DNA of 64,000 nucleotides, from assembly GCA_010093705.1 (NCBI GenBank), contig MU006092.1, positions 130,623-194,622 on the forward strand. The letters are read 5' to 3'. The DNA is from Patellaria atrata CBS 101060. Taxonomy: Eukaryota. The notes under the pieces were generated by a model that saw only the letters and a program-made list of their open reading frames with translations, did no database searches and was not told where the DNA came from. Made by a program: the position numbers and the translations under genes. Each line of letters opens with the position of its first letter. The stretch's first letter is position 1. Shown piece after piece: positions 51,384 through 64,000 of the stretch.

Positions 51384-53328
51384 ATGGGTCTTCCGTAAGT
51401 CCAAATTCCTCTCTCGCGCTTTCCCACGGACCTCTCTCAGCCGCTATGTTTGCCTGGCGCGTGCGGTCTGCGACAACGTCAAAGTCGACTACTATACTAA
51501 CAGAAGTCTTAATATAGAGTATGGCGCGCTCCTTCTCCAGTTGAAACGAAAACTGCGGCAAAAAACGATGCAACTGCTGGCTCACGCTCACCTATTCGGC
51601 GCCGCCGATCACCGAACGAGCCTCTTCCGCGACGTAGTAATGCCGCTCGCTACGTCTTTCCCGTTGATACAAACAGCAACGGCCATGATATAGAGACATC
51701 TCGCGAGGGACGCAGTTCACGCCGCGAACGCGTGGATCATGCACGACGTATGATCAGCGTCCGCGAGCGGATACTGAACGATGCGGCTGCCCGCGGAAAT
51801 AGCGTACCTGAGCGCCAACCTAGCATGCACGAAGACAACATGAGGCCCGGGTTGTATCGAAATATACGACTTCATTCGCAGTCGCGTGATCGCGAAGGTG
51901 AGTTCTTCCTACCGGCACCCTTTTCCTCAATAACGGGGCATCATGGCACTCTGGGCCATATCCGTAAATTTCCCCCTGACACTAACTTTATCAGGGAGCT
52001 CTCCACGTCGCAATGATCAACTACCACCGTATACTACAAATTTTGCTCCCGCACGGTACGCACCACCTCGCCCTCTCGAACCACTCGTCGAATGGACCCC
52101 TCGTCCTATCTTATCCAACCAACAGACTTCTGCGTCCCCACGATCTTTCTTGACTGAAGGTGACAACGCAGCTAGTCAACTCGAGATCGACGAGACCTAT
52201 GCAGATAGCGAGACAGCAGCAGTAGCAGAATTCCCTCCCCTACGCCGTATGGGCCACCGTACTATCGTTGATGGGCCCCTCCCTTCGAGTTCTTTAAGGG
52301 AGACCTGGAATGCCAATGTTGACGGTCTTGGAGATCGTGACAGAAGTTTTAGCCCCGATGCAGAGTACAATACCTGGGAGACGATGCTCACTACTATCGC
52401 ACCGGACACTCATTTGCCTAGCGCAGATTCTTCATTTACCTCCGCAGCGGCCAGCGCGAGTTTCTCAAGGTCCAATTCCGCGAACTCGAATAGGGGAAGC
52501 AATCAATCACGGGCTAGCATTACTTCCAATTCAGCTGGTAGTTCAAGGACACATATCACCGTGCCTTCCGAAAATGCTGGCGACCCAGCTTGCCCTTGGA
52601 GCCCATCATCTGAAGGGACCTCCGACACAGAGGCCGAGGACGACACCACCCCACGAATCGGGTTTCCCGCATCTCGCCATGGCACCGGTTCTCAGCGCGA
52701 CCGCGCTCGTGATCGCGCCAGGTTTGCCGAGCGCCTTCGCCTGAATAGGCCAGAGTCCACCCCGTATCAACCGCGTTCGAATTCAGAAATTGCAGAACAA
52801 CGGAGGAGGATAGATGCCAGAATGCAACAGACCAGACAAGGTCAGAGCGACCTAACTGATGACCGCTCGGTACAACCTACTCCAAGAGATACTCTTAGTA
52901 GCGGTGGTTTTACCTACACCGATGTTGCTCGTCCCCGACGCGCCAGCAGGGAACTCATCTGGCGCGGTAATGATCTCACGGAGCTACCTAGCCCAACGAC
53001 TGTCAATAACAATGGCGATGATGACCGCAATCATGTGCAACCAACCCGACCGGCCGCGCGCGCTAATTTGCCCTGGATGCAGAATGATACTGTGGCCGTA
53101 CCGCATCCGAACCATCTCCATAGGAGCAGCAATACAGAATCTCTCCACCGCGGGGTTCCTGCCACTAGCGACGCCGCTCTCGGTACTGATGTACGCGCCT
53201 TCGAGTCCGGGACGACTGGTGAAGTGGATTACGAACGCGTGGGACGGCTTCTTCGGGAGTTGAGCAGCAGGGCTGATATTCCAGCAGACTTTTGGAGAAC
53301 AGCTGGACTAACAAGAATGGGTGGATAG
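51384..53328 (+). CDS. Low-complexity Arg/Ser-rich hypothetical protein
   Basis: Manual splice: MGLP, then an intron, then VWRAPSP..RSPIRRR, with a second intron at about 51898-51994. Short ordered motifs include DGLGDRDRSFSP, WETMLTTIAPD and DIPADFWRTAGL. Confidence 0.7.
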
Positions 53329-55568
53329 ACATCTACTTTTTAGATGTTACCAGGAATGGACTGGAGCGACACGGTGTTAGACGATCCAAAGGCTTTACAA
53401 TGATAGTCAGAGGCGCGATAAAAGGTTTTACGGGCTTGGAGGTTCCTGTTTTTGGTTTCTTATATCGGTGCGCCATCGATACGTTTGCTCAGTATTCTTT
53501 TCTATATATCTCTATATATCTCTGTTCGGACTTGAAGAGTCAGTTGCAGAGGTTTTGTCTCCCTAAACTGGGAGTCTGGTTTCTCAAGATGAGAAAAACG
53601 GGGGTATTTTGGTGAAAAGACCTAAACTTATTCCCTTAGGGTAGGAGGCTTTACGATTGATATCAAGCTCTGGTTATTTACAAGTATCTGTACATTTAGC
53701 TATTTTCTTTCAGATTTAGGTTAGGGCAAAAGTTAGCCTAGGAGTTTATGATCTTGCGAACCAGATCCTGGAAACCGTTTTGCTTCTTGTGATAATGCAT
53801 CTTTGTCATTTATAAGGTAGGTGTTCATTTGAAATATCGATGGTTTTGTGTCGGGGTGAGGTTATATCTAAGGTATATCCCGGTAGGTAGAGGGTTCTTC
53901 TCGTTTTCTCTACAGTAAGCTATCATTCCCATGTCGTTCTCTCTATTCAATATGCAGTATTGCTGGAAGAGCAAATATGTGGCATTCCACATAGGCATGC
54001 ACGTCCCTGCTGAGGTCTTCGTTGGTATGAATTCCATTGTAATCTTGCATATGTCGTGTTTAAGAATACTTTGCTTTGGTGGAGTGAACTACATGTCTGA
54101 AGAAGTAGGCATAGCTCTAAAAGCTAGGTTGTTCCTCGCGCCATGATCCTCATGATTGTCTTGTAATGGGCCCTCGTCATTCTCTATTATATGGACGATT
54201 TGACTACATCCTCGACTCGGGATATTCCATCATTCTATCCTCGTAAAGCTCGTTGGTGCCAAAGCGGCTAACGCCAGGGTTCCCGGGCAAAGCATAATCG
54301 CCTACTACAAGTACTGACCTCCTTTTTTTAGGGTTGAACCTGAACACAAAGTCCTAAGTCCTGCCCTCTGATTCCCCATACCGTAGTTATCATGACATGC
54401 TGTCTCTTCCCGTCTCAACATCGGTTTCCCTTCGGCAACAGCATTTACCACCTTGGTCGCACTCTCCTCACCCCACGGGCACCCGCTAAGGTGTTTGGTG
54501 GATGTAAAAGAAGCTGCGGTTCCGATGCGAACGGAGTTTATTATGGCCTTGCTGCCGTTCCTGACAATGAACTTGGCGATGGGAAGACTACGAATTATGG
54601 GGGTCCGATTTGGGCGTGGGCTATGGGGCTACGATTGCTTTTATGATGGCGAGTTAAGGAAGCTTTGAGGGACGTTGGTTGCCTGAAAGGCTGGATATCG
54701 TTTTATAACAATCCTTGTTGATACTGTATCCCATTGTCAATTGCTCTGTTGTTTTACCTAATGTTGACTCCGTCCCAGTTGAGACTGCAAGGTATTGAGC
54801 TCCGTCTTTGCTCCTTCTAAAAGAAGATTGAAGTTTGGGGGATAGGGAAACTGTACAATCACTCTTTTTCAAACTTGATCTTCGTAGAGATGTCGATACA
54901 TGAAAGTATCTCAATGATAAATCTTCAGTGGTCTCTTGAATATAATCCGAGCTGGACCTCATACTGGAGCAAGTTTTCCAGTAATTGTGAATTTGTGATG
55001 TTGGCTTCGGTGGCTGAAGCCAAGCTATCAGAGCTCAAGATTGTGGGGAAAACTGACAGCCTGTGACGTAATGGATCGTGAAACAGTTGCTCAACACTCC
55101 AGAACACTTTGAACGGACGGAAATCAGATGGCAAAATAGAAAAAACGGAGGTCCCAAAATATCAGTTAGAAAGTTATTTGAGATCTGCGCTTATCCTTAA
55201 GAGGTAAGGTTACGTCGAGGAAAGAACGATGACGATGGTTTAGGAAGCTATGGCTTTGTTCAAAGTTGTTGTGGCTTCAGTAATTTTGATTGGTTGAATT
55301 CCAAGATTGTGTGAGGAATCTCCTAGAAGAAGGAAGGCGCGGTCAAGACACGACAAGGTGCAGGTCATGTTACCGGTCATGGGACAAACGTCATACTTTG
55401 CTACAGCCGAAACGCAGCTTCTTCAAAAGGGACAAGGTACGCTTCCCATACTTTCTCCTCCCTCTTCCTTTCAACCATCAATCAACAATAAACAACCCCA
55501 AATCCATTGCCATTGCACCTCACATCCATCCAAACTCATCAAAAAAAGTCTCCAATCACATCAACAAA

Positions 55569-56364
55569 ATGGCCACTCTTCACTGTACGTATATTTTGAT
55601 GCTTTTCATTCGACGAGCTGGCCAATCCAAACACTACCTTGTGGCATTCAAAAACAACATCGACCCCTCAACTTCATCTTCATCGAAACCATCAATTCGA
55701 TTTTCCTACGTGGATGCAATCATCTCTACCATCGCCTTCCATCAATTCTTATCTTTTCGCAAAAATTTCCCATCCCACTTATGAATACCGCCAAACCAGC
55801 TCCCAAACAACACTCAAGTCAGTTCGAACTAACTTTCTACTTTAGACCTTCCCCCAGTTAAACCATCCGCCATTGCCCTTGGCACAGTCTTCAACCACGT
55901 CGCCTCTCTAGCCGTCCTATCACCAGTCTTCGGTGAGACTTACCGCAAGGCCCAAGCTGCGAACAGCAACGAGGAGTTCTTCAAGTCAAAAGAGGCCGCA
56001 TCCGCCGCATCTGCTTGGGGATCGTCGCTTTTCGGTTCCGCTATCCAGGCTTACGGTGTCGGTGCTCTCATCAACGCTACTGGAACTCTCTCCTACAAGG
56101 GCGCTGCTTACCTCGGATCTCTCATCTTCTTCGCTAGCTCCGCACCATCTGTAAGTACCATCAAATTTCGAATATGAGACTCAAACGTGCCTTGTTCTAT
56201 CAATAGAATACTAATCTGCTGTTCGATAGATCGTCTCCCAAGTCGTCACCGAGAAGCGCCCACTCGACACCATTGCCGTCGGAGCCCTCGCTCGTGTCTT
56301 CGAGACCGTTGGCTTGAGCTTATTCCTCACATACTGGGGAACCCGCACCAACCCATTCGACTAA
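55569..56364 (+). CDS. Small multi-pass membrane protein (DUF1761-like), missed by the ORF track
   Basis: Introns at 55585-55845 and about 56151-56230 give MATLHYLPPVKPSAIALGTVFNH..GALINATGTLSYKGAAYLG..LTYWGTRTNPFD with strongly C-ending codons. Confidence 0.8.
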
Positions 56365-57410
56365 GTTAGCAGTCTAGCTGTGATTGCGGGCGAGTCGTGG
56401 TAATTCGTTGGCATAAGAATGATGAGAATTTCTCTTTGACAGACCTCTCTTCTTATTACTTGAAAGGCACTGGAGTGGAGGATGTGCATCGGGAGGGCTT
56501 ATGTGTATAGTAGGCGAATCGAATAAGCATCTGTCCCAAATGTTCACCAATTATTGATGATATGCGTCAAGTGAAATGAAACCGAAGTCGTTACACGTTA
56601 TCTCCATGTGTGATCCCATATCTACACTCGCCTTGTGGTGGCATTCCCAGCTTACTGTATGCTCACTTCAGAAAGGAGATCTCTAGCCTAGCTGTATAAG
56701 GAGGTCGGAGGGGACAAAACAGCTCCAGTTGTCTGTACACCTTGTCGTGGTATTTCTCCCCTCCCGTACACTCACTTTTGAAAAACATGCGACTTAACAC
56801 AGCCCTGTACGATCAGTCTCAAAGAGCCTTCGACACTGTGTGAGAAAGTTTGGAAATGTATGAGAGGTACTAATTGTGTATAAATTACTACTTCACTTCA
56901 CTGTATGGTACAGTACAGTACAGTACAAGGATGTCCGAATCGTTCAAGGGTGGTACGCACGAGGTGTACGCACGATGTACTGTACTGTACTACACCGCTG
57001 GAGATAACGAAGATCCAGGATACTTAGGTTGGGACATTTGTGACATACAAGCCGCTGATTACTACACTGTCAACGCATCCCAGTTTGTCTAAGATTCAAT
57101 GGTAATGAAAAAAGGTCGGTGAACACGATTAGACTGCACCGTCTCGTTCTGTACATATATACAGAATATTGAAAAAGATTGTGGAAGGTAAGTAGAACAT
57201 GGGTACGAAGTAAAAATGTTCAGACCGTACGGATTGCTTGGACTGGAAATGCCCACACGACCGGGACCTGTAGAACACTTTAGCTCCTCTTTCATGGATG
57301 AGAGATGTTGTAGACTCGGGAGTCGGGGTCGTCGTTGGATACGCTACGGTGGGTGGCTACGGCAAGTCGATATTTTTACGGTTGATGGATTGCGTATGCT
57401 CGGGGTGGTT

Positions 57411-57560
57411 TTGTACGGTTGGGTGATTTTGTGTACAGTTGGATGGTTGTGTACATTTGGTTCGTTGCGTACAGTTGGTTGGTTTTTTACAGTTGGATGG
57501 TTATTTACAGTTGGATCATCGCGTACAATTCTAATGGTCGGGTACAGGTACAGCTGAATG
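57411..57560. repeat. Degenerate 18-bp minisatellite (consensus approximately gtgtacagttggatggtt)
   Basis: TAC cores at 57414, 57434, 57452, 57470, 57488, 57506, 57524 and 57543. Confidence 0.8.
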
Positions 57561-57678
57561 GCTTCCGAGGGTTGAAAAGTCTCGGGCAGTTGAACGATCT
57601 TGTACAGTTGAGTCTCTCTGTATAAGTGGACTGGTACAGGTACAGTTATATCTACATATCCTACATTTCACCTCTCCT

Positions 57679-58843
57679 CTACGGCCGCGCTTCCGGCGCC
57701 TGCGATGTTGATGGCGGTGGTGGTACTACTGACTCCTTATTCTGCTCCCCTATACTTTGCACAACACCCTGCTTCTTCGCCATATGTGCTCCCACAGCCG
57801 CTAAAATCTCCTCAAACGGTACGTATCTCTTCATCCTCGCCTCTTTCTTCAGCTGTTTGTCTCTCTTGCTCAAATCCTGTGCTGGAGTTCTCATGGTCAC
57901 CTTGAGATTCTTTGGGCTCTTCGCCTCATCCTCTGCCTTCTTCTTCGCAATAAAGTCCTCGTCATGCCTGTCTCTGAATTTACTATACTTGCCTCTCAGC
58001 TCGTCGATGACTTGTTCGGGCATCGGTGGGCGTAGTAGTGTTGGCACGAAGGTCTTTTCTTCGGCGAGGATGCGGAGCGTGTCAGAGGGTGTGTCTTGTT
58101 CTTCAGGTGTAGATTCGGCGGGCTTGGGAATGATGTGGTTGATGTACGGGATTATGCGGTGTTTTTCACGTTTGCCGGTCTTGACGTTGAGTTCGCTTTG
58201 CCACCTTACGCGCTCTACGATTACGTCGCGAGGCTGGTTTGTTGCTGGATCATTGATCTTGCACACAAGACGGACGCCTGTTAAGGGGATGGCGAGAGGA
58301 CGTGGGACGGTGTGTTCGGGGTGGCCCTCGGTGTCTTTTATCCATTTGGGGATGGGGATGTCGGCCTGGTAAATGTCAGAGGAATGGTAGATAGGGAGAA
58401 GATGAAGGAGTGAATACCATATTCAGTCCATTCACAGTAAGCCATTGCTCCTCAAAATTGATCTCGTCGATCGTTCCAATCTTGCCTTTATCTCTCCCTT
58501 CCAACAGCACAACTCTATCACCCACATATAACCACGAGTCCGACTCCTTGATCGGCTTCTTAGTTAAGTGCGCGAATGAGTCCTGTAGTCGTAATTGAGA
58601 TACAGTACCATACGTATGTTTGAAATCGCCAACATCTCTCTTCGGCGCCAAAGGTCCTAGTTCCCAGTCCTCCCGTCTCGTCTTTCGTGCTTTGCGGATG
58701 TCTTCATATCTCAATTTCTCGTTGTTCCGGTGTTGATTACGCTGGATTACCCGCGTCTCGCGAGCTTCCTTGGCGGCCAGCTTCGCTGCACGTCGGGCGG
58801 CTTGTCGTTTCGCAGCTGCTGTTCGTCCTAGGACATTTTGCAT
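57679..58843 (-). CDS. MRPL40: Mitochondrial ribosomal protein uL24m (KOW domain)
   Basis: RREDWELGPLAPKRDVG, KOW motif GDRVVLLEGRDKGKIG, and TFVPTLLRPPMP..VIDELRGKYSKFR. One intron at about 58369-58418. Confidence 0.9.
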
Positions 58844-59264
58844 TTTGTAGGTGCGTCCAATGGAATTGATTGAGCAATGTGACCAGGAGTAATCGGTGAT
58901 TTTATAGGAGGTTTAAGACCGGCTGATTTTGAAATGTCGTTAGAGCTTCAGCAGGTCTGTGCTCAATTGGTGAATTTTCGAGATGTCAGAATGAAGAGAC
59001 AAAGTCAACTGGAAATTAGGTTATACTGTATTGTTAAATGCCAATAAATAAACTAGTTAGTATCCGTAAAGATTAGGCCTAATATAATCCCCCTCCATCC
59101 GCGTCTCTTCGATCTTCTTCAAATATCTCGTCGGTTGAGCCTCAATTTCTCCTTAACCTCCATCCAACGATCCTTGTCGTCCAACTTTCTGCCACCGCTA
59201 CCCAAACACCATTAACTCCGAACAAGGTAAACAACATTTCCAACACCAGACATCACCAGCCGAC

Positions 59265-61053
59265 ATGCCGCTTTTACGGCGATATTTAACATGTCATTAC
59301 TGCGGTGCGAAGTCAGGTCAGAAATACTCAAGCGGACTGCGAAACTGGCAATGTAGTTCATGCGACGCGGCCAACTATCTAGATGAGGTGCGTATACAAT
59401 CCCCATATCCAACCATAGTCTTATAGACTCGACTTCTTCAAAACTCAAGCTAATGTCGAATTACAGCAAGGGCAAATTACCGATCCTCCAACTGCCCCAG
59501 AAGGACCAAATCAACCTGTGCGGTACGCATCGTTCACCTCGCGCCCCACCGCTCCCAACTCCATCGTCTTCTGCGACGCCTGTGTCAGCAACCAGCACTT
59601 CTACGCGCAGACCCTAGCAAACTATCTCCCTGATACCGACCATCCCCAATATCATGAGTACGTTAAAAAGCTCCCTGAGTTCAAGCAAAACCTCGAAAAG
59701 CGCTATCCGCAATACTGTCGCGAATGTGCAGAGAAGGCCGACAAGGTTATCAAGAACGCGAACTACTTGGCGAAGACTGATAACCTGAGGCTGAATATTG
59801 AAAGGACGAGGCAAAATGGACCTGTAACAGCTCCGTATGATCCTGGTTTTCGTGAATTCATGGTCAGACTTGCGGGATTGCTGTGGTGGATCAGCGTCCT
59901 CGGAGAATTCGTGTGGCATGCGTTCGCCTTCGCACTCGTAGATGAGGTGCAGGAGGAAGCGTCTAATATCACCATATATCTATCCCAGTGCGCAATTCGT
60001 GGCCTTAAGACAGGTGGCGCAAATCCTGCCTGCTTCAGGTACTGGACTGAACTGATGCCTACCCTCCTCTATATCAGTGCCCTAACCTTCTGGTGGAATA
60101 ACAAACTGCGCGGAAAGTTGCAACGTCCAAATGCCCGTCTCTCAGGGATGCGTGAAAACATTTTATTACAGCTCATCGTCCTCGGTATTCGAGTGTTCAT
60201 CTTCCTCGGGTTCTGGGACACAGACAGCCTATCTTCACCCTCGATGAGAGCCCAGTTTAAGGGCGCACATGCAGCAACAGCTTTGATCTTAACCATGTTC
60301 CTGCTGTCTGCCCATCGCGTGGTCAAGCTCTCATATCGCCAGGTCAATTTCAAGGAGCCCACCACCACCCTACTCTCCTCATTTCCCGCGTCCCAGACCA
60401 ATGTGTCTACACCTGTGCGCCGTACGCCCCATCTCCCGAGCAACAGTACACCATTCCCTATACACAAACTCTCATCCCCGTCTACGGACGGGTTTCTCGA
60501 TCCGCCGTCGCCCGCCGAATCTACAGCGTCGACTGTGATTGAAGACTGGAGTTTCGCAGGCACGTCTACACAAGAGGAGCAAGACTCGATGGACTGGACT
60601 CCTACCCGTCCCCAGTACGACTTCAATCCTTCTGTTCCAGCATCAGCATCACCTGTACAGCATACAAATACCGTAGGTCTGAATGGTGGTACGGACAGAA
60701 TCAACAACGCTCCCTTCCCCTCACCATTCACGGGTAGCCTCCCCCGAGCTCCCATACCGCCAGCGCACAAGCTGCGGAACCCCCTTCTGAACCCGGCCCC
60801 TCCAAAGCCCACCCAGCCGCATACTGTACAGTTTGTCAAGCCCGTAATCGTACAGAACCCGTTCAGTACGGTGAAGGAGGCCCTCCGTACAGATTTTCCC
60901 CTCGCTCAAGGGGGGTTGAAAATGCGGGAGTCTGCACCAGAAACTGGGCTTGAGGAGCAGTTTGGCAGTTTTTTCAGTCTTGCGGAGGGTAGTGATGCTG
61001 TACCGCAAGATGAAGAGACGAAAGGGGGGTGGTTGAGCCGGTTATTTGGTTAA
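59265..61053 (+). CDS. IMA1: Integral inner nuclear membrane protein Ima1
   Basis: Exon 1 encodes LTCHYCG..WQCSSCDAANYLDE. After an intron at about 59388-59467 come FCDACVSNQ, LANYLPD and LEKRYPQYCREC, then TM segments and MDWTPT. Confidence 0.9.
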
Positions 61054-61283
61054 ATGTACAGTTGCATGGCTGGACTGGCTTTTGGCGTATTATACTAGAA
61101 TGGACAGCATATGCACCGGATGGATGGGTGGTTTTGGGTGTCTTTATAGTCCTTTGTACATTATGATACCTCTTTGCATGGCGTGGTGTTTTAGGCCTTA
61201 ATCCTCTAGAATAGGAAGAATGACTAATGGCCCCCAGCCAGCAAATGCCCAATTATTTGAACTCAACATCCCCCCTTCCCTAT

Positions 61284-62228
61284 CTAGATCAACCACCCAT
61301 GATACTCCCCTATTCCCCCCGTCGCAGGTAGTAGCTGCTCCCACTGCACGAGAAACCGATCCACAAACCGCAGCAGTAACCGCCCGCTCAGACTCAGCTG
61401 CTTCACTCGCGCCCAGCTCTCGACGTATATCGTCCGCATGCTACCAACGCTATTGCAGGATCCGATGTTGAAGAACCGCAGGATGTAGGATGCCAGGATG
61501 ACTATGACGGCTGTCGCGGGACCATTCGTGAGGATGACATTAGGGAACCGTGGGTGGCCTTGGGTATTTTTAGAGGGAGGCGGACCAGTAGAGAGGATAC
61601 GCAACGCGGAGTTCAGACACCACAAACAGGAAAAGGGTGTGGTAAGGAGAGATTGGTGGATCCTGCGCGCCCGGGGGATGGTGTGGATAACGTAACTTCC
61701 TTCGCCGGTACCAGATCCAGTTCCAGTTCCCTCCTTCGTTTCTGATTTTTTTTGGCCTAGGGGCGCCGTTATTGTCAAGAGCTTCTCCTTCACTTTTCCC
61801 TCCGACAATCCCTCCTCCGAGTTCTGAGCCGCGCGCAAAGCTAGCCCTTCCTCGAACTCCCGTGCCTTTCGCGCCGAAAACGCGTCCCCCGAGCTCACTA
61901 TGTAGGTCCTAAAGTTGAGGCCTTTGCAGTCCAACTCATTCAGCATAGCTAGCATTTCCGCGGTGTGGCCCCCACTGCCCAGGACAATTAGGAGGTGGGT
62001 CGGGGAGCCGCGGCGGCGGGGACGGATTTGGTCGCGGCGAGCTGATGGGAGGAGGTAGCAGAGGCGTAGGTCGATGAGGTTGACGAGAAAGAGTGCGAGG
62101 AGGAAAAGGAAGACAAAGACCTTATAGCGATCAGGCGCGGATATTAGGCCATTTTGGTTTGTGAGAAGAACAGTTAGGCCGCAGAAGTAAATGGGGAGGG
62201 AAAGGATGATGAACCTGCGGGATTGCAT
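61284..62228 (-). CDS. ALG14: UDP-N-acetylglucosamine transferase subunit Alg14
   Basis: IVLGSGGHTAEM, IPRARRIHQS, TNGPATAV, YVESWARV..LSLSG and FLVQW motifs. Confidence 0.95.
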   Translation of the reverse strand: MQSRRFIILSLPIYFCGLTVLLTNQNGLISAPDRYKVFVFLFLLALFLVNLIDLRLCYLLPSARRDQIRPRRRGSPTHLLIVLGSGGHTAEMLAMLNELDCKGLNFRTYIVSSGDAFSARKAREFEEGLALRAAQNSEEGLSEGKVKEKLLTITAPLGQKKSETKEGTGTGSGTGEGSYVIHTIPRARRIHQSLLTTPFSCLWCLNSALRILSTGPPPSKNTQGHPRFPNVILTNGPATAVIVILASYILRFFNIGSCNSVGSMRTIYVESWARVKQLSLSGRLLLRFVDRFLVQWEQLLPATGGIGEYHGWLI

Positions 62229-62602
62229 TTTGAGGTGGGGTTGAGGTGAGGTAGAGAGTTAGAGAGTCAAGGCATGATGGAAACCTTATAGATTTTTAGG
62301 CGGACCTTAATTGGCGTGAGGTGCGTTTGTCGTTCCATCTATTACGCGATCCATGCTTGTATTGAGATGGAAATTTGTGGACAGGTAGAAAGTTGTTCAG
62401 GGTGAGCAAGCCTACAACCGCACACGTGGGGCAACAAGCACAAGTTACTGTAAGATAGCACATCAAGCAGAAATGGATCGCTCCATTCTTGCTTTCCAAT
62501 TATTTGATCTGTGGTACAGTACAACAAAACTAGAATCGTTTTACACGAAGACGCTGAAACTTCAAAAAGGCGTTCCTCGTTCTTCGTACTATTCTCCACA
62601 GT

Positions 62603-64000
62603 CTATACAGCCTGAGGTTGTCCAAGCCGTAATGCTAACAGAGCACGCACATCCGTCAGATACTGTAGGCCTTCAAACAGCGGTATAAGGTTCAATAGAT
62701 CATTATCCGTGGGATCACTTATCCAACCTTCAATGGGTATTGCATTGTCTGAGCAATGTTAGACGTCACTCAGAAGAAAAATACGCCACAATGCTCACCT
62801 TCATGAAAAATATAGCTCATCGGACTGTTATCAAGAATCATAACCTTACTAAGGTCTGGTTCAACTTGACTCAAGTCCTTAATGTACGCGCCGTTCCGAA
62901 ACGTACAGTGCTGCCTATAGTACCGCCCTGCAAAATACTTCCTCTCAAGCTCCAGCCAGTCAATGACTGGATCTGCGTACTCTTGTACAGATGCTGTGAA
63001 GATAATTAGGTTGTACCATCGGGACACTTTCCGTAGAAATTCATCACAATGCGGCCGTTTGTGGACATAGTACAGAATTGGAACCTGAGGTCCAATCACC
63101 TGCCCACCTGCACCCACAGCTTGGTTAAGCTTGACTTCCACCATATGCCCGGTGGTATAACGGCCACCCTTTGCCATACTATGTATCAGAGTCTCATCAA
63201 GGTCAATGATTAGGGTCTTCTGATGAGGTAGTCCCGCCCCTTGGGGGTTGGTAGGGTTGCTATATGAAGGCTGCCGTCTTGGTATCAAAGGTCTTGGTGG
63301 AGCAGGCGCACGGGGATACTTCGTCGCTTTCGCAGCAACGGGATTTATTGGCGATTTGAGAGCAGCTGCTGCCTCTTCGGATACTTGCTCAGACGAAGTC
63401 GGGTTAGACGTCTTCCCCGAGGCCGACTTCCTTTGCTTCCGTTTCAATACCTCGTCATTATGTAACTTGATACGTATGGATCGCTTAGCAGGGGTAATCT
63501 CGTCAGAAGTGGAGGAGGCTCCAGTTTTCGACCTTGTGTTTCGCGAGGGGGTATCTTGTTCCTTGCTATCACCAGTGGATGGACGTTCGCTGTCGTGCTC
63601 GGAATCAGACGTCACAGCTGTGGATGTGGATGCTACAGATGGAGATCTTCTCGACTGTCTTTTCATCCGACTTTTGCTCTCGTGAGACTTCTGCGATCGC
63701 TGGCGTCCCATAGCCTTTCCGTCTTCAATCACATTTTTCGTCTTCCGCCTCTTCTTGAAAAGCTTCTTATTTAGATTATAGATTGGCATTAAAGTAGAGA
63801 AATGTCCTTCTTCGTCGTAGAAGCATGCTATGACATATCTGCCTGGTGTAACAACCATGGATAACACCATCCGTACAACACCAATGAAGCTACTTGCGAT
63901 TCGTTTTGGTATAAGCCATCGACTGGACTGCTGAGGGGCATTGAACGGCTCTGGCTCACGTTGATCTAGGAGCGGTATCTTCTCATCGTTGTATTGCGCC
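62603..64000 (-). CDS. NEM1: Nem1/Dullard (CTDNEP1) HAD phosphatase, 5' end outside the window
   Basis: DLDETLIHS, VHKRPHCDEFL, FTASVQEYADPVIDWL and ILDNSP motifs. The last exon reads DNAIPIEGWISDPTD..DVRALLALR. Confidence 0.93.

Noticed and set aside
53715..53728. ttaggttaggg telomere-like word
   Set aside because: Fewer than two full units and internal, so likely chance.
53825..55134. Short ORFs that might be a decayed gene
   Set aside because: No recognisable family and inconsistent strands and frames.
57626..58372. Long antisense ORFs (also 60069-60839 and 28533-29210)
   Set aside because: These are shadows of real genes on the opposite strand.

Overview
Gene-dense, intron-containing genomic DNA from a filamentous ascomycete (Pezizomycotina, inferred from GT..CTAAC..AG introns of about 50 nt and from gene content). 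About 26 protein-coding genes can be supported. Most are conserved housekeeping genes: the NUP133 3' end, a casein kinase I, a p24 cargo receptor, DOT5, an NCBP3-like gene, ELP1, an EFM6-like methyltransferase, STS1/cut8, MTR4, COX subunit VIIc, FOL3, uL24m, IMA1, ALG14 and the NEM1 3' end. Accessory genes are interspersed: a RING-G protein, a repetitive secreted protein, an atypical P450, an amino-acid permease, a Pth11-like receptor and an F-box-like protein. The most striking feature is an intact, intronless 712-aa ORF (47029-49167) containing a Ty3/gypsy-type Gag capsid-like domain. The domain lies between a coiled coil and a disordered tail, with no visible pol, zinc knuckle or LTR. It is a candidate domesticated capsid gene with Arc/Fv1-like logic, divergently paired with an F-box-like gene. 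No tRNA, rRNA or CRISPR array was seen. All family assignments come from recognising motifs by eye, not from database searches.
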